Part shown: piece after piece, positions 16,985-26,240 of the stretch | Position numbering within the stretch: the first letter of the stretch is position 1 | Layout of the letters: every line of letters begins with the position of its first letter | Source of the DNA: Pedosphaera sp. | Lineage (GTDB): Bacteria > Verrucomicrobiota > Verrucomicrobiia > Limisphaerales > UBA1096 | Direction: 5' to 3' | Length of the DNA stretch: 64,000 nt | Assembly: GCA_022451065.1 (NCBI GenBank) | Contig: JAKUOU010000019.1 | Span: 4,203 to 68,202, forward strand | The notes under the pieces: model-generated | Database searches by the model: none | What the model saw: only the letters and a program-made list of their open reading frames with translations | Told to the model about the DNA's origin: nothing | Translations under genes and position numbers: made by a program

Positions 16985-16993
16985 TCTAACGCC

Positions 16994-17815
16994 GTGCGTC
17001 GGTTGGCCTTTCCAGTCATCCTCCTGTTTTGGCTGGTGATGAATGCGCTCCTCTGGCGCGCCGAGTATGGCGACACCGGCCGCGGCAGCCGCGTCTCCAA
17101 CGACATAGTGCTCGACAAAATCTTCAATGCACCCGACGCCTCAAACCTGCGGGTGTCCCAAAACGGCCGGTCGCTTGGCTTCATCCGTTGGGAAATTATC
17201 CCCGATGAGGTTTACTTCGGCGGCACCAATCAGCCGGCCGGCCGTGTTGAGTCGATTATGGGCTACAACCTCGTGCTGGATGGACGGCTCAATGTCGAGT
17301 CACTGCAAGGGAAGTTGCGATTCACCTTACGCTCAATGCTGGATGCCGGTCTGGATTGGCAGAGCGTCAACACCACGATTGATCTGCCGCCGAGCACCTG
17401 GGAGTTTGCGGCGTCGGCAACCAACCGGATGCTGACTGTGAAACACGATGGGGTGCTTGGCCAATGGGAACGTACGACGCCGCTTGGCGAATTGCGCAAC
17501 CCTGTCGCATTGGCCGAGCAATTCGCTGGGCCGCTTGTTGTGCCGTTGCTAAAGCCGTTGCTGTCGCCCAGTGTCCCGTTTGGTCAAGCGGCCGGCGAGC
17601 CGATTGCGCTGGGCTTTGATTGGGTTGCCTACAACGACGCCGTACGGTTTGGCAGCACGCGCGTCCGTATTTATCGCATCGAGGCCAGCCTTCCCGGCGA
17701 TCGTGTGGTGACGATTTTGGTGAGCCGCGTGGGCGAGGTTTTACAGGTTAAATTTCCCGGTCAACTGGAATTCACCAACGAAAACATCCCACTAAAAAAA
17801 AGCAGCTTAAAATGA
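16994..17815 (+). CDS. hypothetical membrane-anchored protein
   Basis: 273 aa, one N-terminal TM helix, no motif I recognise. Stop overlaps the ABC ATPase start (ATGA). Confidence 0.5.
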   Translation: MRRLAFPVILLFWLVMNALLWRAEYGDTGRGSRVSNDIVLDKIFNAPDASNLRVSQNGRSLGFIRWEIIPDEVYFGGTNQPAGRVESIMGYNLVLDGRLNVESLQGKLRFTLRSMLDAGLDWQSVNTTIDLPPSTWEFAASATNRMLTVKHDGVLGQWERTTPLGELRNPVALAEQFAGPLVVPLLKPLLSPSVPFGQAAGEPIALGFDWVAYNDAVRFGSTRVRIYRIEASLPGDRVVTILVSRVGEVLQVKFPGQLEFTNENIPLKKSSLK

Positions 17816-18534
17816 TCGAAATCGATCAATTAACCAAACAATTCGGCGATTTAAGGGCTGTCGCTGATATCAGCCTGACCGTGCCAGCAGGGGAGTTTTT
17901 TGTCATTCTCGGCCCCAACGCCGCAGGGAAAACCACTACCATCAAGGTCATGGCTGGACTGATGAAACCGACGAGCGGCTCGGTGCGGATTTGTGGATTC
18001 GACATCAGTGCCAGCCCAATCGAGGCGCGCCGCCGCATGGCTTATGTGCCGGACTTTCCCTTCCTCTACGACAAGCTCACGCCGACTGAGTTTTTCCAGT
18101 TCACCGGCAAGCTGTTCGGGATGGAGGATGGAGCGATGCAGGCCGAAGCCGAGCGCCTTACCGGGAGGTTTAACCTCGGCGAATTCCTAGCTAAGCCGAT
18201 CGAGGACCTTTCGCATGGGACCAAACAGCGCGTGGCTATCGTCTCCGCGCTGATGCATTCGCCGGAGGTCGTCGTGTTCGACGAGCCGATGGTCGGGCTC
18301 GACCCGCATCACACCCGCGTTCTCAAGGACATTCTGCGCGAACAGGCCGCCGCCGGCGTGACGGTGTTTGTCTCCACTCATCAACTCAGCGTTGCCGAGG
18401 AGATGGCAGACCGCATTGGCATCATGCATCAGGGCCGACTCGTCGCTGTCGGGTCGCACGAGGAACTGCAGGCAGCGAACCGGGATAACACGCTCGAGTC
18501 GATTTTCCTGGCGCTGACCACTGACAACGCATGA
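17812..18534 (+). CDS. ABC transporter ATP-binding protein
   Basis: Walker A GPNAAGKTT, signature LSHGTKQR, Walker B VVVFDEP. Confidence 0.9.
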   Translation: MIEIDQLTKQFGDLRAVADISLTVPAGEFFVILGPNAAGKTTTIKVMAGLMKPTSGSVRICGFDISASPIEARRRMAYVPDFPFLYDKLTPTEFFQFTGKLFGMEDGAMQAEAERLTGRFNLGEFLAKPIEDLSHGTKQRVAIVSALMHSPEVVVFDEPMVGLDPHHTRVLKDILREQAAAGVTVFVSTHQLSVAEEMADRIGIMHQGRLVAVGSHEELQAANRDNTLESIFLALTTDNA

Positions 18535-20258
18535 ACGGCGCGAAGCCCATTTCGCATTGGCGACTGTTGGCCAAGGTCAACCGTATGCAAAACTGGCGGC
18601 GGCTCAAGTCGGCGGTAGTGCGTTCACGGCTGCATGCATCCCTCATGGGCCTGTTCGTCGTGGGCTATGCCTGGATGGCGTACTGGCTGTTTCACAAGGG
18701 ACTGCAATTTACTTCGGGCTTTCCCGGTCTGGGGCCGGTGCTGATCGAGCGGATGATGTTCCTGCTGTTCGCATTCCTTTTTTTGCTGCTGCTGCTCAGC
18801 AACGTCATCATCAATTTCACCAACCTGTTTCGAAACAAGGAAACCCAGTTCCTGTTGTCGTTGCCGGTGCCGCGCCAGGTCGTTTACCGGTGGAAGGTGT
18901 TCGAATCCGGCATCCTGGCGTCGTGGGCGTTTTTGTTCCTGATCGCGCCACTGGTGGCCGCGTACGGCGCAATCTACAATGCGCCGTGGCATTTTTACCT
19001 TGTGACGCCGTTGTTTGTGGCGTTGTTCGTCGTGCTGCCGGCCATCCTCGGTAGTTGGGCGGCGCTGGGACTGGCACGCTGGGTGGATCGGCTGGCGTTT
19101 CAGGTGGCCGTCGTGCTGGCGGTGATCGTGCTGATTGTCGTTGCCAGCTCGTGGTTGCAGCCGGAGACGGTGACTGACGAGATGCTTGAGACACGCGTAC
19201 TCGATGTCGTCGACCGGCTGCTGGCGCGCACGCGATTTTCATTGTTCCCGTTTCTTCCAAGCTACTGGGTGTCGAGCGGGATCACCCAGTGGGTTGAGGG
19301 CGCGTTAATGGGTACTTTTTTCTTCGGCTTGGTTTTGCTGAGCCACACGCTTTTTTTCGGCTATCTCGCCTCGACCCGCACGGGCGGTATTTTTTACGGC
19401 GCAGTCTCGGCGGTGAACAGCCGGGGAGGAGGAACAGCGGTCGGCTGGAAATTTTGGAAACACAAACCGGCGCTTGGCCAGACGGCGTTCGCTCCCAGGC
19501 TACTCGACCGCCTGGCCAAGCTAATGTGGTGGGGCCGCGGCGACACGCGGGCGCTGATCGTGAAGGACATCCGCACCTTTTGGCGGGACGCAACACAGTG
19601 GGGTCAATCGCTTATTCTGCTTGGCCTGCTGATCGCGTACATCGTGAACCTACGACACTTCTCTCACCGGCTGACCAGCGACTTTTGGATCGACCTCACC
19701 TCGTATCTGAACCTCGGTGCATGCGCACTGAACCTTGCCACGTTGACGACGCGGTTTGTGTTCCCTCAAATCTCGCTCGAGGGCAAACGCATCTGGATCA
19801 TAGGCATGGCACCGCTCGGGATGCGCCGCACGCTCATGGCCAAGTTCCTATTCTCCACCGCCGTGTCGATGGGCGTGACGATGGCACTTGTGGGGGCGTC
19901 GTGTGCGATGCTTTCAATTCCACCTGGGCGCGTTTTATACTTCACACTGACCATCGGCGTGATGGCGTTCACCCTCAACGCGCTGGCGGTGGGCCTCGGT
20001 GCGGTGTACCCGAACTTCCGCGAGGATAATCCGAGCAAGATCGTCAGCGGTTTTGGCGGCACGCTCTGCCTTGTGCTGAGTTTCATCTACATCGTCGGCA
20101 TGCTTAGCCTGATGGCGGCAACGTCGCGCTGGGCATTCGGCGGCAGCTCGGCAGTGGAATTCTGGCTCGGGTGGGCGGTGTTTCTTGGTGGCTCGTTCCT
20201 GCTCGGCTGGCTGCCGCTACGGGCCGGTATCCGCAAAATGGCCAGTGTGGAAATCTAG
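18531..20258 (+). CDS. large polytopic permease (putative ABC exporter type)
   Basis: 575 aa with many TM helices. ATGA overlap with the ATPase gene. Confidence 0.65.
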   Translation: MNGAKPISHWRLLAKVNRMQNWRRLKSAVVRSRLHASLMGLFVVGYAWMAYWLFHKGLQFTSGFPGLGPVLIERMMFLLFAFLFLLLLLSNVIINFTNLFRNKETQFLLSLPVPRQVVYRWKVFESGILASWAFLFLIAPLVAAYGAIYNAPWHFYLVTPLFVALFVVLPAILGSWAALGLARWVDRLAFQVAVVLAVIVLIVVASSWLQPETVTDEMLETRVLDVVDRLLARTRFSLFPFLPSYWVSSGITQWVEGALMGTFFFGLVLLSHTLFFGYLASTRTGGIFYGAVSAVNSRGGGTAVGWKFWKHKPALGQTAFAPRLLDRLAKLMWWGRGDTRALIVKDIRTFWRDATQWGQSLILLGLLIAYIVNLRHFSHRLTSDFWIDLTSYLNLGACALNLATLTTRFVFPQISLEGKRIWIIGMAPLGMRRTLMAKFLFSTAVSMGVTMALVGASCAMLSIPPGRVLYFTLTIGVMAFTLNALAVGLGAVYPNFREDNPSKIVSGFGGTLCLVLSFIYIVGMLSLMAATSRWAFGGSSAVEFWLGWAVFLGGSFLLGWLPLRAGIRKMASVEI

Positions 20259-20259
20259 C

Positions 20260-20273
20260 CGCTTGGCCAAGCG
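20260..20273. repeat. iterated palindrome copy, 14 bp, between convergent stop codons
   Basis: TAG(20256-20258)-c-CGCTTGGCCAAGCG-cggg-TCA(20278-20280, recJ stop). Confidence 0.9.
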
Positions 20274-20277
20274 CGGG

Positions 20278-21996
20278 TCAGTCTTTGGCAGGACGCCAAT
20301 CGATGAGTTTTAGCTGCACGGAGCGACGGCCGTTGAAGTCGTTGATCTGCGGAGCGACGGCGACGTCGAAGGTATCTTTCGGCTCGTCTTCGGGCTTGAG
20401 GTTCCACGCAACGACTTCGCAGGCATCGTGATTATCGGTCACCCAAAACTTGGCGTGTTGTTTGTCGCGCCCCATGCGGTAAATGGGACTCGATAGGGTG
20501 AGTTCGGGAACGAGGAGTTGGATCTCCGGATTGCCTTGGCCAATCGGCTCGAGTTGGCTCATTTCCTCGATGTGCATGAGTGTCAACTCTGAGAGGTCGG
20601 TCCCAGCGTCGAGCTTGAGCGGTGGCTGGAACATTTCAGGCGTGATGGTTTTTTTGGCGATCTCATTAATGCGTTCACGGAAGGCCTCGAGCCGGCCGGG
20701 CTTGACGGAGACGCCGGCGGCCATGGCGTGTCCGCCGTGGTCATTCAGAAGGTCGTCGCAGCTGCGCATGGCCTCGGCAAGGTCGAAGCCCTCGATGCTT
20801 CGGGCGGAGCCTTTCCAGCCGTCACCGTCGCTGGCGAGGATGAAGGTGGGCCTGTAGAATTCGCGCATGACGCGGGAGGCGACGATGCCGATGACGCCGA
20901 GATGCCACTCCATGTTGCCCTCGACGATGACAAAATCCTCCCCGGGGTCGAACCGCTGGCGGACGCTCTCCACGGCCTGTGTGGAGATGTCGCGCTCGAT
21001 CTCCCGGCGTTCGCGGTTGTAGTTGTCGAGGGTTTCGGCGGCTTTATCGGCCTCGTAGCGGTCCTTGGCGATCAGGAGGTTCAGCGCTGCATCCGGGTTG
21101 TCCATCCGGCCGGCGGCGTTGAGTCGTGGGCCAAGGTGGAACCCGACATTGAACACGGTGACCGGCTTGGAGACATTGGCTACTTTCTTGAGGGCGATGA
21201 GCCCAGGTCGGGTGGTTTCGCCGAGCTGCTCGAGGCCGGAGTGGACTAGTTTTCTATTCTCACCGGTCAACGGGACGAGGTCGGCCACGGTGCCAAGCGC
21301 GACGAGGTCGATGTATTGCTTGAGGTCGAGGTCGCGCTCCTTTTGCAGCCCCTCCTGGCGGCCGCGCTTGACGAGCGCGTGCGCGAGCTTGAAGGCGAGG
21401 CCAACGGAGCATAGCTCCTGGAAGTTCGGGTAATCGTCGCTGAGCTGGGGGTTGACCATGGCGAACGGCTCGGGCGGCGGTGTGCTGACCTGGTGATGGT
21501 CCAGCACCAGGACATCGATCTTTTTGTCATTAAGAAACTCGATGGCCTTGACAGCGGTGGAGCCGCAATCGACGGCGAGCACGATGTCGGCCTTGAACTG
21601 CTCGAGGCATTTCTCGAGGGACACCTCGCTCAGGCCGTAGCCGTCGTCGAAGCGGCCGGGGAGGTGCGGCTCTACCGCCCAGCCGAGCTCGGTCAACACC
21701 TCCACGAGCAACGCCGTGGAGCTGACGCCGTCCACGTCGTAGTCGCCATATATCAACAACCGCTCGTTGTTTTCTCGTGCCTTCCAGAGCCGCTCGATGG
21801 CGGCATCCATGTTTGGAATCAGGTACGGATCGGCCAACAACTTGAGCCGTGGGTTCAGGAACTCGCTGACTTCGGCCTTACTGGTAACGCCCCGGTTGAC
21901 GAGGCATTGGGCCATGAGCGGCGACAGCGGCAGCTCGCGAATGAGTTGGCCTGTTAAGAGCGGTTGTGAGGGTGCGAGGCTCCAGCGATATTTCAC
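20278..21996 (-). CDS. recJ: single-stranded-DNA-specific exonuclease RecJ
   Basis: DHH motifs (IYGDYDVDGVSS, DCGS, VLDHH) and DHHA1 (GGHAMAAG). GTG start. Confidence 0.9.
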   Translation of the reverse strand: MKYRWSLAPSQPLLTGQLIRELPLSPLMAQCLVNRGVTSKAEVSEFLNPRLKLLADPYLIPNMDAAIERLWKARENNERLLIYGDYDVDGVSSTALLVEVLTELGWAVEPHLPGRFDDGYGLSEVSLEKCLEQFKADIVLAVDCGSTAVKAIEFLNDKKIDVLVLDHHQVSTPPPEPFAMVNPQLSDDYPNFQELCSVGLAFKLAHALVKRGRQEGLQKERDLDLKQYIDLVALGTVADLVPLTGENRKLVHSGLEQLGETTRPGLIALKKVANVSKPVTVFNVGFHLGPRLNAAGRMDNPDAALNLLIAKDRYEADKAAETLDNYNRERREIERDISTQAVESVRQRFDPGEDFVIVEGNMEWHLGVIGIVASRVMREFYRPTFILASDGDGWKGSARSIEGFDLAEAMRSCDDLLNDHGGHAMAAGVSVKPGRLEAFRERINEIAKKTITPEMFQPPLKLDAGTDLSELTLMHIEEMSQLEPIGQGNPEIQLLVPELTLSSPIYRMGRDKQHAKFWVTDNHDACEVVAWNLKPEDEPKDTFDVAVAPQINDFNGRRSVQLKLIDWRPAKD

Positions 21997-22097
21997 GCTG
22001 GAATCCGAACCCTCCTTGATGTCCGGATCAGTTGGTCAGGGTTATTGTTCATACAACTAAAATTGTTCGCGGCGGCGTTTTGCCACGCGCCTGGCCG

Positions 22098-23114
22098 TCA
22101 CTCTTTCCCGGCATCTTTCCCGGTTCCTTCCGGTGCCAACACCGAGGCTACGATGGACAGGCCAAGGATTGCTCCGATGATGCCGAGGACGGCGTCGTGG
22201 TTGCCCTCAAAGTTCAGCCAAGCTGGATGGCCTTCCCAAAGGACGACCAGCATTTTGAACCCGATGAACACCAGCACCAATGCCATCCCGTGTTTCAGGT
22301 AGCGGAAGTGCCGAAGCAACCCCACCAAGACGAAGTAGAGCGACCGAAGACCTAAAATAGCAAACACATTCGAAGTGAAAACGATGAACGCCTCGGTGGT
22401 GATGCCGAAGATGGCCGGGATGGAGTCCACCGCAAAAATGAGGTCGGTCGTCTCGACCATGATCAGGCACAGGGCCAGCGGCGTGAGGGCGCGGCGGCCA
22501 TTCAGCAGGGTGAAAAAGTGTTGTCCATCATACTCTGTTGTAATCGGATAGATCTTTCGGGCCAGGCGGATGACGATGTTTTTTTCTGGCTCCACTTCCT
22601 CGTCGCCGGCGAAGAGCATCTTGATGCCGGTAAATAGCAGGAATGCGCCGAATACGTACATAATCCAGTGGAACCGCTCGATCAGTTCCGCCCCGGACAG
22701 GATCATCACCCCGCGCATCACGAGTGCGCCGAGGATCCCCCAGAACAGCACGCGATGCTGATATTCCAGTGGCACACGGAAGTAGGTGAAAATCAGCGCG
22801 ATCACGAACACGTTGTCCATCGAGAGCGACAATTCCACCACGTACCCAGTGATGAAAAGCGTCCTGTGGGAGTCCTTCCATTGTTCGCCTATCATTACTG
22901 GTGCCAGCCAGAAGGCGAACGCCATGGCCATCGAAAACCAAATAGTCGTCCACATCAGCGCTTCACCGAAGGCAACAGCTCGCGGTTTGCGGTGGAATAC
23001 ACCGAGGTCGAGCGCGAGAAACACCAACACCGCGCCTGAGAAGACGAGCCAGATCACCGGGGGGACGGTTAGTGTAGGATCAATGGCTGCGGTGAGTGTC
23101 ATGCCCGGTTTCAT
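22098..23114 (-). CDS. TerC family integral membrane protein
   Basis: 338 aa, polytopic. ELSLSMDNVFVIALIF and TDLIFAVDSIPAIFGIT are the duplicated TerC motifs. Confidence 0.85.
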   Translation of the reverse strand: MKPGMTLTAAIDPTLTVPPVIWLVFSGAVLVFLALDLGVFHRKPRAVAFGEALMWTTIWFSMAMAFAFWLAPVMIGEQWKDSHRTLFITGYVVELSLSMDNVFVIALIFTYFRVPLEYQHRVLFWGILGALVMRGVMILSGAELIERFHWIMYVFGAFLLFTGIKMLFAGDEEVEPEKNIVIRLARKIYPITTEYDGQHFFTLLNGRRALTPLALCLIMVETTDLIFAVDSIPAIFGITTEAFIVFTSNVFAILGLRSLYFVLVGLLRHFRYLKHGMALVLVFIGFKMLVVLWEGHPAWLNFEGNHDAVLGIIGAILGLSIVASVLAPEGTGKDAGKE

Positions 23115-23122
23115 TTCGGGTT

Positions 23123-23138
23123 GCGCTTGGCCAAGCGC
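23123..23138. repeat. iterated palindrome copy, 16 bp, intergenic
   Basis: GCGCTTGGCCAAGCGC, 9 nt upstream of the terC-family start codon on the minus strand and downstream of the secDF stop. Confidence 0.9.
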
Positions 23139-23217
23139 GGCTTATACCCGGAGTAGTCTTAATAGGAAAGCCGGCCGTGGGCTTATGCTGGCGCTCTTCA
23201 GTAAATCTGGCCAACCC

Positions 23218-25710
23218 TCACGCCTCCGAGGTGGAAATGCTGTGCTGGGTGATCACGGTCTCGTCGGCCAGCTTCGGCTTCTCCCCCTTGTTTTTCCAGA
23301 GCACGAGCGAGCCGGCGATGAAGATGCTGGAGAACGTGCCGGTAACCACGCCGGCTAAAAGCACGAAGGCAAAGGCATTGATTGCGCCGCCGCCGAACAG
23401 GAACAGTGATCCCGTCGCCAGCAGGGTCGTGCCGGAGGTGATAATCGTGCGGCTCAGTGTCTTGCTGATCGCGCCATTCATGATCTCGGTGAACGTGCCC
23501 GGCAAATTCAGTTTCAAGTCCTCCCGAATGCGGTCAAAGATCACAATCGTGTCGTTGATCGAGAAGCCGATGATCGTCAGCACGGCCGCCATCACCGGCG
23601 CGCTCAATTGGCCCTCAAAAATGAAGAAGATGCCCAGTGTCATCAGGACATCGTGAATGATGGCCAGAATGGCACCCAGTGCGAACGAGAACTCATAGCG
23701 GAACGTGACGTAAACAAGAATGGCAAACAGGGCGATCAGCAGCGACTTACTGGCGCTCTGAAGTATCTCATTACTGATGCTCGGGCCTGTACGCAACTGG
23801 CTGACCTTCTTAAACTCTGCGTCGGCGAACTTCTCGGTAAGCGTCTTGTAAGCTTGTTCCCCCTTGCCAAAGCCCACCGTGACCTGAAGTCTCTCTGTTT
23901 TCCCCCCGCTTGCAGCCTGGTACTGGATCTGACTGTCTTGGCCAATCGCAGCGCGCAATTCACCAGTAGTTTTCTTGGCGGTGAACTCCAATGTTATCTG
24001 GTCGCCGCCCTTGAAGTCCACGCCCATGGCATCCGAGCCCTTGTTGATGCCGTACCCGATCCCAATCGCCACCAGAATCCATGAGGCGACAAAGGCGTAC
24101 TTTGCAACGCCCATGAAGTTGAGTTTCGGCTGTTCCAGCAGGCGCAGTCCCTGGCCGGTACCAAAGTTCCTGAACAGATCAAAAATCAGGCGTGTGACCA
24201 CCAATGCGGTGAACATACTGGCACAGATGCCGACGGTCAGAGTGACACCGAAGCCCTTCACCGGGCCGGTGCCCATGGTCATGAGAATTACCGAGACGAT
24301 AAGCGTGGTCAGGTTGGCGTCAATGATCGTGCCGAATGCCTTGCTGTAGCCGGTCTCGACCGCTCCCTGCGTGCCCTTGCCAGCCTTGAGTTCCTCCCGG
24401 ATACGCTCGAAGATCAGGACGTTGGCGTCGATGGCCATGCCGATCGTCAGCACGATACCGGCGATACCGGGCAGTGTCAGCGCAGCATCGAGGTAGCACA
24501 TCACGCCGATCAGGATGAACAGGTTCAGCACCAGCGCGAAGTTGGCCACGAGGCCGGAGAACCAGTAGTAGAGCAGCATGAACACCGCTACGGCGATCAC
24601 GCCGTACAGCGCCGCGTTGAAGCCGCTATTCACCGAGTCCTCACCGAGGCTAGGCTCGACACTCATCTCCTCCTCAATCGTGAGCGGAGCCTTGAGTGGG
24701 TTAAGTAGCGCGTTGGCGATGGTGGCCGCCTCCTCCGAGGTGAAGTCCCCCGTGATCTGTCCGTTGCTGGTGATGCGATCCTGCAGAACCGGGGCGGACA
24801 GCAGCTTGCCGTCGAGAATGATTGCCATCTGCTTGCCGATGTTTTCCTGCTGGGTTAACCGTCCCATTGCAGAGGCTCCTTCGCTGTTGAAGCCGAAAAG
24901 AATCATGGGCGACTGGGTCAGTGGATCGCGGGAGGGGTAGGCGCTGGTGATGTGTTCGCCCTTCAGGCCGTATTCGTTTTCGATCTCAACCAGCACATCA
25001 CGGGTGAATTTGTCTCCTTGGGCGTCTTTTGAGGTGTAGGCGTATTTCTTATAGCCATCAGGAGTGATTTCGTCGGCGATCAACCTATCGGAATTCTGGT
25101 GAACGAGGGCGAATTCCAGAAACGCAGCCTCGGTCACCAGTTTTTTGGCTTTCGCCTGGTCAGCCTCGGACAGCCCGGGCAACTGGATCATGATCTTGTT
25201 GGCTCCCAATGGCCGTATGTCCGGCTCGGCCACACCGATGGTGTCCACGCGCCGGCGTAGCACCTCCACGGCCTGGGCGAGTGCGCCGCCGCCGGCAGCA
25301 TTCTCTAGCTTGTTGGTATCGATCGCCACGAGGAACGACGAACCTCCTCTTAGGTCCAGCCCGAGCTGAATTTGTCCGGCCACCTGTTTCTGGAGTTTTT
25401 GCAGGACAAGCCGGTTGTCGGGGACTTGGCCACGAAATGTCATTTTTGGGAAATTGTAATTGGTCAGCACCAGGCCGGATGCCTCCACAGCTTCGTAGAG
25501 CGTGCCGAACTCATTGCTGTTTTTGTCATCGGCGTCAAAGTTCGCATTAGCCGCCTGCAATACTTTGTCGAAGTCCGCGTCCTTGTTTGTGGCTTTGCCA
25601 AATTGTTCGATCAATTTTCCGGGCTGATTCCAGAGCGGGTACATCTCGGTCCATGCCCAGCCTAGGATGAGCAGCAATAAAAGAAATCTCGCTAGGTTGT
25701 TTCGTTTCAC
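23218..25710 (-). CDS. secDF: protein translocase subunit SecDF (fused)
   Basis: 830 aa. SecD and SecF halves with conserved TM blocks (GIAGIVLTIGMAIDANVLIFERIREE; IGFSINDTIVIFDRIRE). GTG start. Confidence 0.9.
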   Translation of the reverse strand: MKRNNLARFLLLLLILGWAWTEMYPLWNQPGKLIEQFGKATNKDADFDKVLQAANANFDADDKNSNEFGTLYEAVEASGLVLTNYNFPKMTFRGQVPDNRLVLQKLQKQVAGQIQLGLDLRGGSSFLVAIDTNKLENAAGGGALAQAVEVLRRRVDTIGVAEPDIRPLGANKIMIQLPGLSEADQAKAKKLVTEAAFLEFALVHQNSDRLIADEITPDGYKKYAYTSKDAQGDKFTRDVLVEIENEYGLKGEHITSAYPSRDPLTQSPMILFGFNSEGASAMGRLTQQENIGKQMAIILDGKLLSAPVLQDRITSNGQITGDFTSEEAATIANALLNPLKAPLTIEEEMSVEPSLGEDSVNSGFNAALYGVIAVAVFMLLYYWFSGLVANFALVLNLFILIGVMCYLDAALTLPGIAGIVLTIGMAIDANVLIFERIREELKAGKGTQGAVETGYSKAFGTIIDANLTTLIVSVILMTMGTGPVKGFGVTLTVGICASMFTALVVTRLIFDLFRNFGTGQGLRLLEQPKLNFMGVAKYAFVASWILVAIGIGYGINKGSDAMGVDFKGGDQITLEFTAKKTTGELRAAIGQDSQIQYQAASGGKTERLQVTVGFGKGEQAYKTLTEKFADAEFKKVSQLRTGPSISNEILQSASKSLLIALFAILVYVTFRYEFSFALGAILAIIHDVLMTLGIFFIFEGQLSAPVMAAVLTIIGFSINDTIVIFDRIREDLKLNLPGTFTEIMNGAISKTLSRTIITSGTTLLATGSLFLFGGGAINAFAFVLLAGVVTGTFSSIFIAGSLVLWKNKGEKPKLADETVITQHSISTSEA

Positions 25711-25719
25711 GATATTGGC

Positions 25720-26058
25720 TTACTTGTTATCCTTTAAATCCGACTTGTCTTTGATTACACGCTCGATGGCGTATTTCTCCACCTCAAACTTGCTCTCGAG
25801 TGAGCGGATCGAAACGGTAGTGTCCTTGACAGATTGGACGGCGCCGACCACGCCGCCTCGGGTGACCACAGAGTCGCCGGACTTGAGCGAATCCACCATT
25901 TTCGTATGTTCCTTGGCTTTTTTCTGCTGAGGCCGAATGAGCAGGAAATAGAAGATGACAACCATCAGGATCATGGGAACCATCAATCCCGTTAGGCTGC
26001 CTTGTGGTTGCGGTTGACCCTGCGCCAGCAGAATCAGTTGTGTGGGGTCGTCGCTCAT
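25720..26058 (-). CDS. yajC: preprotein translocase subunit YajC
   Basis: ORF 25720..26073 with ATG 26058 preferred. FYFLLIRPQQKKAKEHTKMVDSLKSGDSVVTRGGVVG. Confidence 0.8.
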   Translation of the reverse strand: MSDDPTQLILLAQGQPQPQGSLTGLMVPMILMVVIFYFLLIRPQQKKAKEHTKMVDSLKSGDSVVTRGGVVGAVQSVKDTTVSIRSLESKFEVEKYAIERVIKDKSDLKDNK

Positions 26059-26114
26059 TTCGGCTCTCAACAAAAGGGCGCGAACTCTAGTGATCGGTAG
26101 GTCGATTGCAAGCG

Positions 26115-26151
26115 TTTTTTGGGCGTTTTTCGCATTTTTTAACGCTTTTTT
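26115..26151. other. four phased T-tracts (helical-repeat spacing) in a divergent promoter region
   Basis: T6 at 26115, T5 at 26126, T6 at 26135, T6 at 26146. Spacings are 11, 9 and 11 bp. Each tract is preceded by a GCG/GCA/CGC triplet. Confidence 0.6.
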
Positions 26152-26240
26152 GCCTCTGAGGAAGCGTAGCCAATTATGGCCTGCTATAGAGCCATGCCTT
26201 GAATAATAGTCGACTTTTTGTAGTGTCGGCAGGTCTGCTT

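Noticed and set aside
20260-20273. The palindrome as a classical Rho-independent terminator.
   Set aside because: As RNA it gives only about a 5-bp stem around a GGCC loop and is not followed by a U-run on either strand. Any termination role would need a protein factor or another mechanism.
23115-23217. A possible yybP-ykoY (Mn) riboswitch upstream of the TerC-family gene, prompted by a GGAGTAG string.
   Set aside because: The GGAGTAG-like string (CCGGAGTAGTC) is on the plus strand while the gene is on the minus strand. I could not find the other conserved elements of the riboswitch in the correct orientation. A covariance-model scan would settle it.
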